Assembly (NCBI GenBank): GCA_965240325.2
Contig: OZ251237.1
Span: 1 to 64,000 of the forward strand
Direction of reading: 5' to 3'
Source: Rebecca billardiae RCC1528
Lineage: Eukaryota > Protista > Haptophyta
DNA length: 64,000 nt
Position 1 is the first letter of the stretch, and each line of letters opens with the position of its first letter. Below, piece after piece: positions 32,484 through 44,945 of the stretch. The translations under genes were made by a program, and so were the position numbers. The notes under the pieces are model-generated. The model made no database searches. It was not told the DNA's origin and saw nothing but the letters and a program-made list of their open reading frames with translations.

Positions 32484-33699
32484 TCACTTGCCGCCAAAGC
32501 CGCCGTACACGACCGTGACGCTCTCCGGGTCGATGCGGTAGTGGAGCTGCCCGTTGGGCAGCCGCGCCTGCGTGAGCGTGAGCCCTACAACGCCGCAGTT
32601 GACGATCTTTTTCTTCTTCGCCGGGTGCTCGGCGCCGCGCGGCAGCCAGAGCTTGAACATCTGCCGGAAGTAGAAGGAGTGGCCGACGACGACGAGCGTG
32701 TCCTCTGGGCGCGCGCAGCACCACGCGGCAAAGCCCTTCATCCGCGCGAGCGCGACCGCCGAGACGGCCTTGTTGCCCGCGTTGTACCGCGCGCTCGTGC
32801 AGTGCGACAGGTCGGGCACCGTGCCGAACTCGCCCGCCGCCATGGACAGCCCGGGCGCGGCGTGCGCGGGCGCGATGGACAGCGTGTCCACGTTGCGCGA
32901 CATCTCCTGCAGCCCGGAGTGCAGCAGCATCGGCTCGCGCCCGCCGGACGCGCTCAGTCTCGCCTCGAGCGCGAGCCACGCTGCGCCGCGCGGCGCGAGG
33001 GGCGGGGGGCGCGGCGAGGCGGGTGAGCGGCGCCGCGCGCGACGCCGCGGCGGACGCGCGCGCGCGCGCGCGCCGCCGCGCCGTACCGGTGGTGACGGCG
33101 CGGCGCAGCATCGACGAGACGACGACCGAGCTCGCGCTGCCCACGCCGTTCATCGCCTGCACGTCGCGCTGCGCGGCGTCGGAGCCCGCGTGCTTGGGCT
33201 GCTCGGCGCACTGCGAGAGGAAGGCGGAGAGGTCGCGCGCCTGCCTGCGCCCGAGCGGGCTCAGCGGCGAGTCGAGGAAGATCGAGTCGAGCTCGAAGAG
33301 GAGGAGCGCTTCGCGCATGAGCGCGACGATCAGCCGGACGGGCATCAGCAGCATCGGCGACTTGTTGAACACGCCGTTCCAGAGCGACTCGCCGTGGCGG
33401 ACGAGGATGATGCGCTTCGTTGCGAGCGGCTCGACCCCCGCGATCTGCGCCGGGTCCGGCTCTCTCGACAGGCTGAAGCGCTTGTCGCGAGAGAGCGCCA
33501 TGTGCATCGCGCCCACGACGGACAGCGCCACCTTCTCGCGCAGCACCTGCCGGGCGCGATGTCTGCCCGGCGAGAGGAGGACGTCGCCGAGGAAGAAGAA
33601 GCTCACCACGAGCAGCGCGACGGCCGCGGCCTGCCACGGCTCGCACGTCGTCTCGAGTCGCACCGCGTCGGAGGGGTCGATGATGCGCACGCGCAGCAT
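32484..33699 (-). CDS. Histidine phosphatase (phosphoglycerate mutase-like) family protein, spliced
   Basis: IILVRHGES, DSPLSPLG, VSSMLRRA, LQEMSRN and VVVGHS motifs. Intron 32981-33086. Confidence 0.85.
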
Positions 33700-33935
33700 G
33701 CTGCCCGAATTAGCGAGCGGCGGCGGCCTTCGTGCTTTCGCACAGCATTCTTGTGAGAGTCCGGGCTTGTGCGGATGCCCGGACTCCCAGCCGTGCCGGC
33801 GCTCGCCGCCCACAGCGCTGGTCAGCAGTCGCGCCGAGGCGACGACCAGTGGCTGGCTACTGGTCGCCCGCCATACACTAAGTGGCGCGCAGCGCTTTGG
33901 GCGCGAACGCGGCAGGCCGGCGCGCTTTGGGCGCG

Positions 33936-36900
33936 ATGCACATCAAGCGGGTGATCCTCGAGGGCTTCAAGGTGTACAAGGACCAGATCACCGTCGAGTT
34001 CAATGACAAGCACAACTGCGTCGGTGCGCGTCGCACGCGCCGCGGCGCGCGGCGGCGGCGCGCGCGGCGGCCGCGCATGCGCGCGCGGGCGCCCTGAGCC
34101 GCGGCGCGCGCGCGCGGGCGGCCGGTGCGTCGCGCGCGCGCGCAGTCGGCGCGAACGGCGCGGGCAAGTCGAACTTCTTCCTCGCCATCCAGTTCGTCCT
34201 GGGCGACGTCGGCTTGCACAACCTGCGCGCCGACGAGCGGCGCGCACTGCTCCACGTGCGGCGCGGCCGCACCGCGCCCCTCCGCCGCGCGCGCTCGCGC
34301 GCGCGCGCGCGGCGCCGAGCGCGGCTGAGCGGCGTGCGCGCGTGCGTGTGTGCGCGCGTGTGTGTCGCCGCCGCCGCCGCCGCGCCCCGCCCGCCGCGCA
34401 GGAGGGCAGCGGCAACGCGGTGCTCTCCGCGTACGTCGAGATCGTGTTTGACAACTCGGACGGCCGGCTGCCGGTCGAGCGCGCGGAGGTGAGCCTGCGC
34501 CGCACGATCGGGATGAAGAAGGACGAGTACTTCCTGGACAAGAAGCACATCACCAAGACCGAGGTGATGAGCCTGCTCGAGTCCGCCGGCCTCTCGCGCG
34601 CCAACCCGTACACGATCGTGCAGCAGGGCAAGGTGACGCGGCTCGCAACGCTCACGGACGCGCAGCGGCTCGACTCGCTGATGGAGATCGCGGGGACGCG
34701 CGTGTACGACGAGAAGCGGGAGGAGTCGCAGCGGATCATGCGCGACACCGACGCGCGCCGCTCCAAGATCGAGGAGACCCTCGGCTACATCAACGACCGG
34801 CTCGACGAGCTCGACGCCGAGAAGAAGGAGCTCGCCGAGTTCAACGGCCTCGACCGCAAGCGGCGCGCGTACGAGTGCGCGTACCACGAGCGCGAGGTGA
34901 GCAAGGCGCGGGGCGAGCTCGAGGCGAGCGACGCGCGGCGGCAGCAGGGCGCGCTGGCGTGCGACGCGCTGCGCAAGGAGGAGGACGCCGCCGCCGCGCA
35001 GGCGCGCGACGTCGAGCGCAGCCTGCGCGACGCGGAGAAGGCGCGCGAGGCGGCGCGCGTCGCGAGCGCGGACGCGCGCGCGCAGGCGGCGGTCGGGCTG
35101 GAGGAGGTGGCGCGGCTCGAGCTGCTGCACGGGCAGGCGGAGGCGGACGCGCGCGGCGCGAGCGACGAGCTCGAGCGCAAGCGCGCGCAGCTCGACGACG
35201 TCCGCGCCGAGTCCGACGGCGTGAGCGCCGAGCTGGCCGGCGTCGAGCCAGAGTTTGACGCGGCGCAGGCGGCCGAGGCGGCGGCCGCGGCCGCCGCCGA
35301 CGGCGCCGCCGCCAAGCTCGCCGAGCTGTACAAGCGGAAGGCGCACGGCTCGCAGTTCAAGAGCAAGAAGGAGCGCGACGCCGCGCTCAAGAAGGAGGCC
35401 GACGCGCTGCGCGCCTCCCTCGCCAAGCGCGAGGCCGAGCGCGCGGCGCTGCTGCGCGAGGCGGAGGGCGCGGCGCAGCAGGCGGCCGCGGCGCAGCGGC
35501 GCGAGCACGAGACGCGCGACAAGCTCGCGGCGGCGCGCGCCGAGGCGGACGAGCAGAAGGCGAAGGCGGCGCAGGCGCGGCGCGAGCGCGACGAGGCGTG
35601 CGAGCGGCGCAAGACGCTGTGGCGCCGCGAGGAGGACGCGCGCAAGCAGGCCGAGGCCGCGGCGGCCGAGCTGCAGGGCGCGCACGGCCGGCTCGCGTCG
35701 GCCGTCTCGCGCGCGCACTGGGGCGCCATCCAGGCGGTGCGCCGCCTCGCGGCGCAGCACAAGATCGCGGGGGTGCACGGCATGCTGATCGAGCTGATCT
35801 CGTGCGACCCCAAGTTCTACACCGCCGTCGAGGTCTCCGCCGCCAACCAGCTCTTCAACATCGTCGTGGACGACGACGAGACGGCCGCGCGGCTGGTGGC
35901 GCTGCTGCGCGCCGAGGGCGGCGGGCGCGCCGCCTTCATGCCGCTCAAGCAGCTGCGCTCGGGCGAGCTGCCGCGGTACCCCGAGACGCAGGACGCGATC
36001 CCGCTGATCACGCGGCTCAAGTACGAGCGCAAGTTCGAGCCCGCCGTGCGCCAGGTCTTCCGCAAGGTGCTCGTCTGCCGCAACATGACGGTCGCGTCGC
36101 GGCTCGCGCGCGGAGAGGAGCTCGACTGCGTCACGCTCGACGGCGACACGGTCTCGAGGCGCGGCGCGCTCACCGGCGGGTTCCACGACCTGTCGCGCTC
36201 GCGGATGGAGGCGCAGGCGAGCGTGCACCGGCTGGAGGAGAAGTCGGCCGGGCTGCGCGCCGACATCGACGCCGTCCGCGCCGAGCTCGAGCGCGTCGAC
36301 CAGGAGGTGTCCGTGCTGCTCGGAGGCGTGCAGAAGGCGGAGGCGCTCGGCACGCGCGCGGCGCACGCGGCCGACCAGCTCGCGCTCGACGTGCGCGCGG
36401 CGGCGGCGGGCGCGCGCGGCGGCGGCGCGGCGGAGGCGGGCGAGGCGAAGAAGCGCGCGCTCGCCGAGCTCGACGAGGCGATCGCCGCCGAGAAGGCCGC
36501 CCTCGACGCCACCCTCCAGATGGTGAAGACCGAGCTGGCGACGGGCGGGCTCTCGAGCCGGGAGGAGGCGACGCTGGTTGCGGAGCAGCGGCGCGAGCAG
36601 GAGGCGGCGAGGGCGCGCGACGCGGCGCACGCGCGGCGCGCGGAGCTCGAGGCGAAGAAGGTGGCGCTCGGCGCGCGGCTGCACGACGACCTCTCGCGCG
36701 CCGCCGCCGAGCTCGAGGCCGAGATCGAGCGCCTCACCGCCGCGGCCGACGGCGGCGCCGCGCGCGAGCACGCGGACGGCCTCGCGCGCGCGCGCCGCGC
36801 CGCCGCCGAGTGCGACGGCGCGGCGGCGGAGCACGAGCGCGAGCTGGAGAAGCGCTCGGAGGAGGAGCAGACGCTGAAGGCGCAGCTCGAGGAGCTGCGC

Positions 36901-38176
36901 GACGCCGCGAAGGCCGCCGCGTCCAAGCAGGTCGAGGAGGCCAAGCAGCTCGACCGTCTGCTCACGCGGCGCAACGTGCTCTCCTCCAAGCTGGACGAGC
37001 ACACGGCCGCGATCCGAACGCTCGGCTCGCTGCCGCGCGACGCGATGGCGGAGATCGACGCGGGCGCGTCGTCGCGCACGCTGCTCGAGCACGTGGAGAA
37101 GATCAACCGGCAGCTCAAGAAGTTCTCGCACGTCAACAAGAAGGCGATCGACCAGTACAAGAACTTCTTCGAGCAGCGCGCCGAGCTGCTCGCGCGCAAG
37201 GAGGCGCTGGACGAGGGCTCCGCGCAGATCGGCCGGCTGATCGAGCACCTCGACGCCGAGAAGGACCTGGCCATCTCGCGCACGTTCAAGAGCGTCTCGA
37301 AGCACTTCGAGGCGGTGTTCCGCGAGCTGGTGCCCGGCGGGCAGGGCAGGCTCGTCATGCTCACCGCCAAGCGCGCGCACCGCGCCGCCGACGCGATGGC
37401 CGTGGACGGCGAGGAGGAGGACGAGGACGACGACGACGACGACGCGGAGGGGGCCGGGGCGCGCGCCGCCTCCGCCACCAAGTACACGGGCGTGCAGATT
37501 CAGGTGCGCGCGCGCGGCCGGGGCGCGCGCGCGCGCGCGGCCGGCGCGCGGCCCGGGGCGCGCGCGCTCAGCCGCCCCGCGCCGCCCCGCGCCGCCCCGC
37601 GCCGCCCCGCGCCGCCCCGCGCCGCCCCGCGCCGCCCCGCGCCGCCCGCGCCGCCCCGCGCCGCCCCGCGCCGCCCCGCCGCGCAGATCAAGTTCGGCGG
37701 CGGCGGCGACACGCAGTCGATCCAGCAGCTGAGCGGCGGGCAGAAGACGATGGTGGCGCTGTGCCTCATCTTCGCCATCCAGCGCTGCGACCCGGCGCCC
37801 TTCTACCTGTTCGACGAGATCGACGCGAACCTGGACGCGGCGCACCGAGACGCGGTCGCGCGCATGGTGCACAGGCAGGCCAACGCGCCCGTCGGCGCGA
37901 CGCAGTTCATCACCACCACCTTCAGGTGCGGCCGGCGCGCGCGCGCTGCGGCAGCTCGGCGCGCGCGCGCGCGCCGCACGCGAGCGCGCGCGGCCGAGCG
38001 CGGCCGCTCCCGCGCGCGCGCCGCGCGCGCGCAGGCCGGAGCTCGTGCAGAGTGCGGACAAGCACTTTGGCGTGACGGCGCGCAACAAGATGTCGACCAT
38101 CACGCCGATCCAGGCCGAGCGCGCGCTGTCCATCATCAAGGAGGAGCAGTCGGTGCAGCAGCAGCGCGCGGCGTGA
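33936..38176 (+). CDS. SMC3: Cohesin subunit SMC3, spliced
   Basis: MHIKRVILEGFKVYK, GANGAGKSNFF, AGLSRANPYTIVQQGK, hinge with TLDGD...GALTGG, QLSGGQK and CDPAPFYLFDEIDANLD. Introns at about 34024-34145, 34256-34400, 37505-37686 and 37926-38034. Confidence 0.96.
37571..37681. repeat. (GCCGCCCCGC)n minisatellite within an SMC3 intron
   Basis: About 11 tandem 10-mers. Confidence 0.9.
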
Positions 38177-38962
38177 GCAGGGGGCGAGGGCCGTCGACGT
38201 GAGCACCGCCACCGCGCCATCGACGGCCGCCCAGCGCGCGCGGCAGCGCAGAGTGCTGCTGCTGCAGCGAGAGGCAGTGTGCTCGCGCCGTGGCAGTGGC
38301 CGCTTGCCTCGGGGCGGCGGCTGGTCAACTCGCGCGCCGATGTGGGCGTCGAGTCGCGCGCACTGCGCGTTCCGGCGGCGGGGCTACATCATCGCTCCGT
38401 CGTCCTCAACTGACGACGAGTCGTCATCTCCCAAGCGAGCAGACGCGGTTCTCAGAGCGCGCCGCCGTCGCATTCATCTTCGTCATCGTCGGATCATCAT
38501 CATCAGTTTCGCGGTTTCGCCGCCATCACGATTCACGGCGCGCATTGTCATGCGGCATTGCAGCACGGCGCATATTCTGACTTATGAGTCGTCATCGCGT
38601 GACGATATGATGCTACTGACATACATGATACGCTTATATATGCTGGGCTATATATTACGACAGCAGTTGTTGGCATTACCCGCCATACGTTTGTCGTATC
38701 GACATCATCGTGAGTCATCGCGATTATTCGTGACATCTCGTCGTGTCGCGCGAGCGGGGGCGCGGATGAACTCGATTCCCGGCCGCTGCCTTCCGTCCAC
38801 CAGGTCCAGGACGGAAGGCCAGCCGGAGGCGGACGCGCCGCGACTGGCGGTCGAGATTGCACACCACGCGCCGCCCGGATCGCCCCCGCCCGCGCAGCAG
38901 CGCCGCCGCTCGCGCCCCCGAGCTCGCGCCGCGCCGCCGGCGCGGCTGCTGCCGCCGGCGCG

Positions 38963-40851
38963 TCACTCGCACGCAATCTTGTAGTCAAAGGACGAGAGCG
39001 CGATGCCAAAGGCCTGCAGCGGCGAGAGCGGGTAGGCAAAGTCGCAGGTGAACTCGTGGTCGCCCACGCGCCCGAACTGCATGACCACCACCTCCTCCGC
39101 GTCCTGCTCGTCCACCAGCTGGAAGTTCTTCACCGACGGCTGCGTGACGCGCCCGTGGAAGTTGAGCACGTACGCGTTGGCCGCGTCGTTCCACTTGGGC
39201 GACTTGTTCTTCATCATGATCAGGTCGGGGTCGCGCTCGTTGGCGCGGTACCTGGCGCGCGGGTGGGGGAGCACGCCGGCGTGCGTGTGAGCGCGCGCCG
39301 CCGCGTCGCGCCCGCCCTTCCGCCCTTCGCGCGCGCGCGTGCGCCGCGTGCTTGCGCGCGCGCGCTTGCGCGCGCGCACTTGGTGAGGATGCCGGACTCG
39401 CCCTCCGTCTTGGAGGGGCGCAGGATCTTGCGCTGCCCGTTGCGGATGGCGGGCATCACGATGGTCATCTTGCGCGGCCCGCGCGTGTAGAGCACGTTCT
39501 GCTTGTACAGCACGACGCAGAGCTCCTGCCGCGCGTCCGCCGGGTTGCCCCCCTTCTCCGCCTTCTCCGGGTTCGCCCCCTGGTCGTACAGCACAAACTC
39601 GGTGCCGATGAAATTCGAGCGCAGCTTGCCAAAGTAGTTGCCGCTCTCGCGCGCGAGGTCGTCGGGGTCGAGGGAGATGAGGTAGTTGGACGACTTGGAG
39701 TTGCCGCGCTTGCGCGCGGCGAGGAGGGCCTGGTCGGGCTTGCCCGGCTGCTTGAGGTACATCACGTACTTCGGCGTCGACGTCATGAACCCCGACTTGG
39801 CGCGCGAGATATAGCACTGCACCATCGGGCCGCTCGGGCCGGGCGAGGCGAGGAAGGAGCGCAGGTCCGACACGTCCACGGTCGGCGGCGCCGCCGGGCC
39901 GCCGAGGCGCGCGGGCGGTGGGCGCGGCTCGGCGGGCGGCCTCGGCTCGGCGGCGGCGGCGGAGCCCGCGCCGGCCGCGGCGGAGCCCACCATCGCCTTG
40001 CGCGTCGTCGGGTCGTACACCGAGTCCAGCCCAGCGTCCTCCAGCTTGCGCTCCGCGCCCGCCTGCTGCGACGGGTGCGCGGCGCCGCCCGAGCCGGCCA
40101 TCCAGCCGCTGCCGCCGGCGGCGGCGGCGGCGGCGGGCTGCGCGGCGCCAAAGGGGAGGACGGGCGCGTCGACCGCCGCGCCGCGGGGCGTCGCGCCGTT
40201 CTCGTCGTACGACGGCGGCGGCATGTCCCTGAGCGGCGCGACCGGCGGGCGCGCGCCGCCGCCCGCGCCGCCGAGCGAGTCTGCGAGGGATGCGCCGAGC
40301 GGAGCGGTCGGCGCGCCGATGGAGGAGGAGAGCGAGCTGTTGAGGCCGGCGGTGGGCACGACGCCGGGCACGTTGGCCTGGAGGCCGGCCGACGCGAGCC
40401 CGCCGTCCGTCGAGGCGACCGCCATGCCCTGCGCCTTCAGCCGCTCGCTCCGCTTCCGCAGTTGCATCTCGCGCGCGCGCGCGAGCGCGGCCGACTGCGG
40501 GCGCTCGCGCGGCGCGTGGTCGGCGCCGCCCGCGCTCTCGTGCGTGTCCGTGCTGCCGAGGATGTCGCCGCCGTTGGCGAGCGGGCCGCCAAGCACATCG
40601 CCCCCCGCGCCGCCGGTGCCCGGCCGCCCGCCTCCCGCCGACGGCTGTCGCGCGCCGTTCGCGCCCGCGCCGGCAAACCGGCGCTCGCCGACCGGCGAGC
40701 CGCGCCCGGGTGGCGGGTGCTGCGGCTCGGCGGGCGCGGCGTCGCCAAAGGCGCCCCGTGGCGTGTGCGTGAACCCGTCGCCGCCGCCGCCGCCGCCGCC
40801 GCCCTCGAACCGCGCCCTCGCGCTCTGGAAGGGATTCTCGGAGTCGTCCAT
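38963..40851 (-). CDS. Tubby-like protein (TULP)
   Basis: [38 protein letters not shown]...[19 protein letters not shown] and [12 protein letters not shown]-terminus. Intron 39252-39379. Confidence 0.95.
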
Positions 40852-41223
40852 ACCTTGGCGAGGCGGGGCGGCTCACCCGCGCCCGCGGCGCTGGTGGGCG
40901 CGCGCAGCCGCGGCGGGGAGGGCGTGCGGGCACGGCGACGCGCACGCCGAGTCAAGCGCCGAGCGCACGCACGCGCGCGCGATCGCGCACGCCGCCGGCG
41001 AGAGTGCGCGCCCGCCGCCTCACCTGACGTTAGATCAGCAAGGCAGTGCCGGGGCGGGCGGTCGAAAGCTCCGCAGCCGGGACGAACAATGTCAATCGCA
41101 GTCCGGACGCAGCGCCGGCACCGGACCTGTTAGCCAGTGCACCCCAGCCCGAGCGGAGCGGCTCCCCCCCAGCTGGTCAGGAGAGGAAGCAGCCGGTGAG
41201 GGCGAGCGCGACGACCGACAGCC

Positions 41224-43135
41224 ATGGCTGAGCAGCCGGCGCTCGTCGCGCGCCCGCTGCGCGTGCACGAGCAGTGCGCCGTCCTGCCGCCGCGCGAGGC
41301 GCTGCGCCTGCTCAGCCCCGCCGAGCTCGGCGCGCTCAAGCCGACCGCGCGCACGCTGCGCGAGCTGATCAGCGCGCCGCCGGACGCGTGCGCGCAGCGG
41401 CTGCGCGAGCTGTTCGGCGGCGGCGCGGAGGCGCAGCCCGCCGAGCTGTTCCTCGCCGCCGTGCTCGCGTGCGACGAGACCATCGCGCCCGCGCTCATCG
41501 ACGCGGGCGCGCTCCCGCTCCTCTTCCGCGCGCTGTGCGCCACGCCGCTGGAGACGGAGCTGCAGGTGGCGTGCACGCAGTACGCGGCGTGCGCGCTGAA
41601 CGCGCTGGCGGCGCACGCGGCGTGCGCGCCGCGGCTCTCCGGCGTGGGCGCGCTCGGCGCGCTCCGCGACGGCCTCGCCTGCGCCGCCCGCCTCTCCGCC
41701 GGCGCGCCGCCCACCCTGCGCGTGCATGCACTCGGCACGGCGTACGCGAGCGCGGCCGCGTGCGCGACGCTCGCGTGCTCGGCGCACGGCGCGGCGGCGG
41801 CGGCGGCGGCGGAGCAGCTCGCGGGCGAGCTCGCGGCGCTGCTCACGCCCGAGCGCGCCGCGCTGCTCGTGCCCAGCGCGCACTGGCTCATCACCGGCAA
41901 GCGCTCGCGGCTGGGCAACGTGCGCGTCGCCGGCGCGGTCGCGCGCGCGGTCGTCAACCTGTGCGCACGGCCCGTTGGCGCGGCGGGCGGCGCGGGCGGG
42001 GACGGCGCGCGCGCGATGCGCGAGGCGGGCGTGCAGGACGCCGTGCGCGCGCTCTGCGCTGGCGCCGAGCCGCTCCCGCCGCCGCTGCTCGCCGTGCTCG
42101 GGCACGCGGCGCGCGCGCTCGACGGCGCGCCCGTCGCGCCCACCGGCGTGGCGCCGGGCGGCGCTGGCAGCGCGGCGGCGGCGGCGGCAGCGGCCGTGCC
42201 CGCCGCGCGGGGCATGCCGGTCGCGGGCGCGGCCGGGCTGGCGTGCGCGGCGCCGCGCGCGTCGGGCGCGGAGACGCCCTCGGGCTCGCCAGCGTGGCAG
42301 CACGACGCGCCGGCCGGCGCAGCCGAGCCCTGCGCCTGTCCGCAGCTCGGGGCGCCGGGGGCGCAGCCGCGCGGCGGCGCGCCGGAGGCGGCGCCGCCGC
42401 TCAAGCGGCGGCGGGTGCTTCGCGCGGCGGAGCCCGCGTCGAGCGCGGACAGCGGGGTGCGCTGGTGGGAGGGCGCCGAGCCGGAGCCGTACCTGCCCGC
42501 GCCGCCCGGCGTGCTCGGAGCTCTGAACGGCGGCGCGCTTGACACGGGCTCGGCCGCGACCGCGGCCGCGGCAGCGAGGGGTGGCGCGGGCGCGGGCGCG
42601 CACGGGCGCGGCCGCGCAAGCGGCTCGTTTGCGCCCGCGCAGGCGGCCGCGCGGCTCGGCGGGCGGCAGCCGGCCTCGCGCCCGCCCGGCGCGCGCGCGC
42701 ACAGCCGGCCGCGCAGCGGCGTGCGCTCGCGCCAGCTCGGCGCGAGCACGCGCCGCGCCGTGCACGCCGCAAAGTCAGCTGAGGGTGTGGGCGCGCTCGC
42801 GCTGCTGGCGCGCGCGGTGGAGGAGGCGCAGCGCGCGGTGGAGGTGGCCGCGGCGATCGAGCCGCACGCCGCGCGCGGCGCGGCGGGGCGCAACGCCGAC
42901 GGCACGCCGCGCGCCGGCACCGCCTGGGGCACCGCCGTCGGCGCCAAACTGCATGCCATGGGCGCGCGCGCCGCAGAGGTGCTCGAGCTGCTAGCGGCCA
43001 AGCGCGCCGAACTCGAGGCTGCGGACGCGCCGCCGCCGCCGAGCAGGGCGCCGGCCAAGTCGGCGGCGGCGCGCGGGCGCGCGCCGTCGCCGCGCACGCT
43101 CGTGCTGCGCTCGAGCAGCGCCGGCTCCTTCTCCT

Positions 43136-43179
<44 letters not shown>

Positions 43180-44535
43180 AGCAGCGCAGCCGCAGAGGCG
43201 GAGGCGGGGGCGCCGGCCGCGGCCGCGGCCGGCGCGGGCGCGTGCGCGGCCGAGCGCGGCGGCGCGGTGCAGTGCGCGCCGCCGCCCGCGCGCGGCGAGG
43301 CTGCGGTGGCTGCGGTGGAGGCGCACGCCAACGCGAGCGTCGACGGCTCGCGCGCCGACGCGCAGCGCTTCTGCGTGCGCTGGGCGGACGGCTGCGCTCC
43401 GCGACAGAGTTGGGTGTCGGCCTCGGAGCTCGACTCGCCGCGCGCCGTCGCCGCCTATCTGTATGGCGCGGGCACGGCGGCGGCGGTGTCCGCGTGGGTG
43501 TGGCGCGAGATCAGGCTGGGGCGCGGCGGCAGCTTCTGGGTCGTCTGGCCCCTCGACGGCCTCGCCGACTCGCTCGACGAGCTCCTCCAGCACGAGCGCG
43601 CGCACCGCGCGCCGCGCGCGCCTGCGGGCTGGCCCAAGGACGTGCGCTATGGCTGCGCGCTCGAGTGGGGCGGCGGCGCGGCGCGGCCGGACGCGCCGGC
43701 GCGCGGGGACAGCCTGCGCGCGCGGCTGTCGCGCACGCTGCCCGCGCCGCGCGTCGCCGTGCGCCGGCTGCCCGCCAGGCACCCCGCCGCCGTCGCCGCC
43801 GCCGCCGCCGCCGCCGCCGCGCCGCCCGGCGCGCCGCGCGAGGACACTTACGGCGTCTTTGCGAGCGCGCCGCTGCCGGCGGGCGCGTGGGTGTGCAACT
43901 ACACGGGGCTGGTGAAGCGGCAGCGCAAGGCGGACTCGTCGCGGTACTTGCTGCAGATCGCGGTGGAGGCGGACGCGCGCGGCGAGCCGCACTCCCTCGA
44001 CGTCGACGCGCGGCTCTGCGGCACCGAGGCGCGCATGATCAACGACTTCACAAACATTGCGCACGCGCCCAACGTGGTCGCGCAGGTCTACCACGAGCCG
44101 GGGCCGAGCGGCGAGCTGGGCATCGCCATCGTGACCACGCGCGCGGTGGGCGCGGGCGACGAGCTGCTCCTCGACTACGGCGCCGACTTCATCGCCGACT
44201 GGAAGCTCGGCACGCTCGAGGGCTCCGAGGGCTCCTCCGGCGCCGACGACGCTGAGCAGGAGCAAGAGGCGGCCGAGCGGCGCGAGGCCTCGGAAGCGGA
44301 GGGGGAGCCCGAGGCGCTGCCCGCCGCGAGCGCGGGCGCCGTCAAAGCGGAGGAGGGCGAGGAGGCGGCACCGGCTGCAGCGGAGGGACAGCCCGATGCC
44401 GGTCCCCGAGGGATCGCCACACCTGGGGACGCGGAGGCGGCCGTGTCAGCAGAGACACGACCGGCTGCATCAGCAGCCGCGGGGCTGACCATGGCGGCGG
44501 CGACGACAACTGCGGCTGCTGCCGCATGCGCGTGA
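41224..44535 (+). CDS. ARM-like + chromo-like + SET domain protein
   Basis: Helical N-terminus. FCVRWADG...SWVSASEL (chromo-like). SET motifs YGVFASAPL.AG.WVCNYTG, EARMINDF and GDELLLDYG. An internal intron cannot be excluded. Confidence 0.75.
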
Positions 44536-44945
44536 CGCTGCGCTGGCCGTGACTCGCCGCTTCATCCGGTCCTCGCGCGGCGCGAGTCGCGCGAGAAGTC
44601 GCGAGCCGTCGCCTCGTCAGCAGGCCGGCGCGCTCGGGTCCAGTCATGGCACCCGCACCGTACGCGTGACAGTCTCGGAGCCGCGGCGCAGCGGCAACTA
44701 CGTGGCGCTCGTCATTGACTCATTGAGCGTAGCCAGTTACGAACTCAGAGCTAGCTGCGTGCTCCGCACAATGTCCGCACGCAGCTGTCATCATCAGCAA
44801 GCTTAGTCCAGTCATCAGTATTGACTCACGACACTGCGTGCTTATACAGCGCAGCAGTGCAGTGGCAGTGGCCCGCCCCGGAGTGCGGTGGCAGTGGCCC
44901 GCCCCGGCACATCACCAATGCACGTGGTCACGTTGTCGTCAAAGC

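Noticed and set aside
34000-38328. Very long antisense or alternative-frame ORFs (1442 aa here; also 18468-22082, 54125-56587, 45716-47731 and others)
   Set aside because: Shadows of real genes caused by stop-codon scarcity at very high GC. They are Arg/Ala-rich with no motifs.
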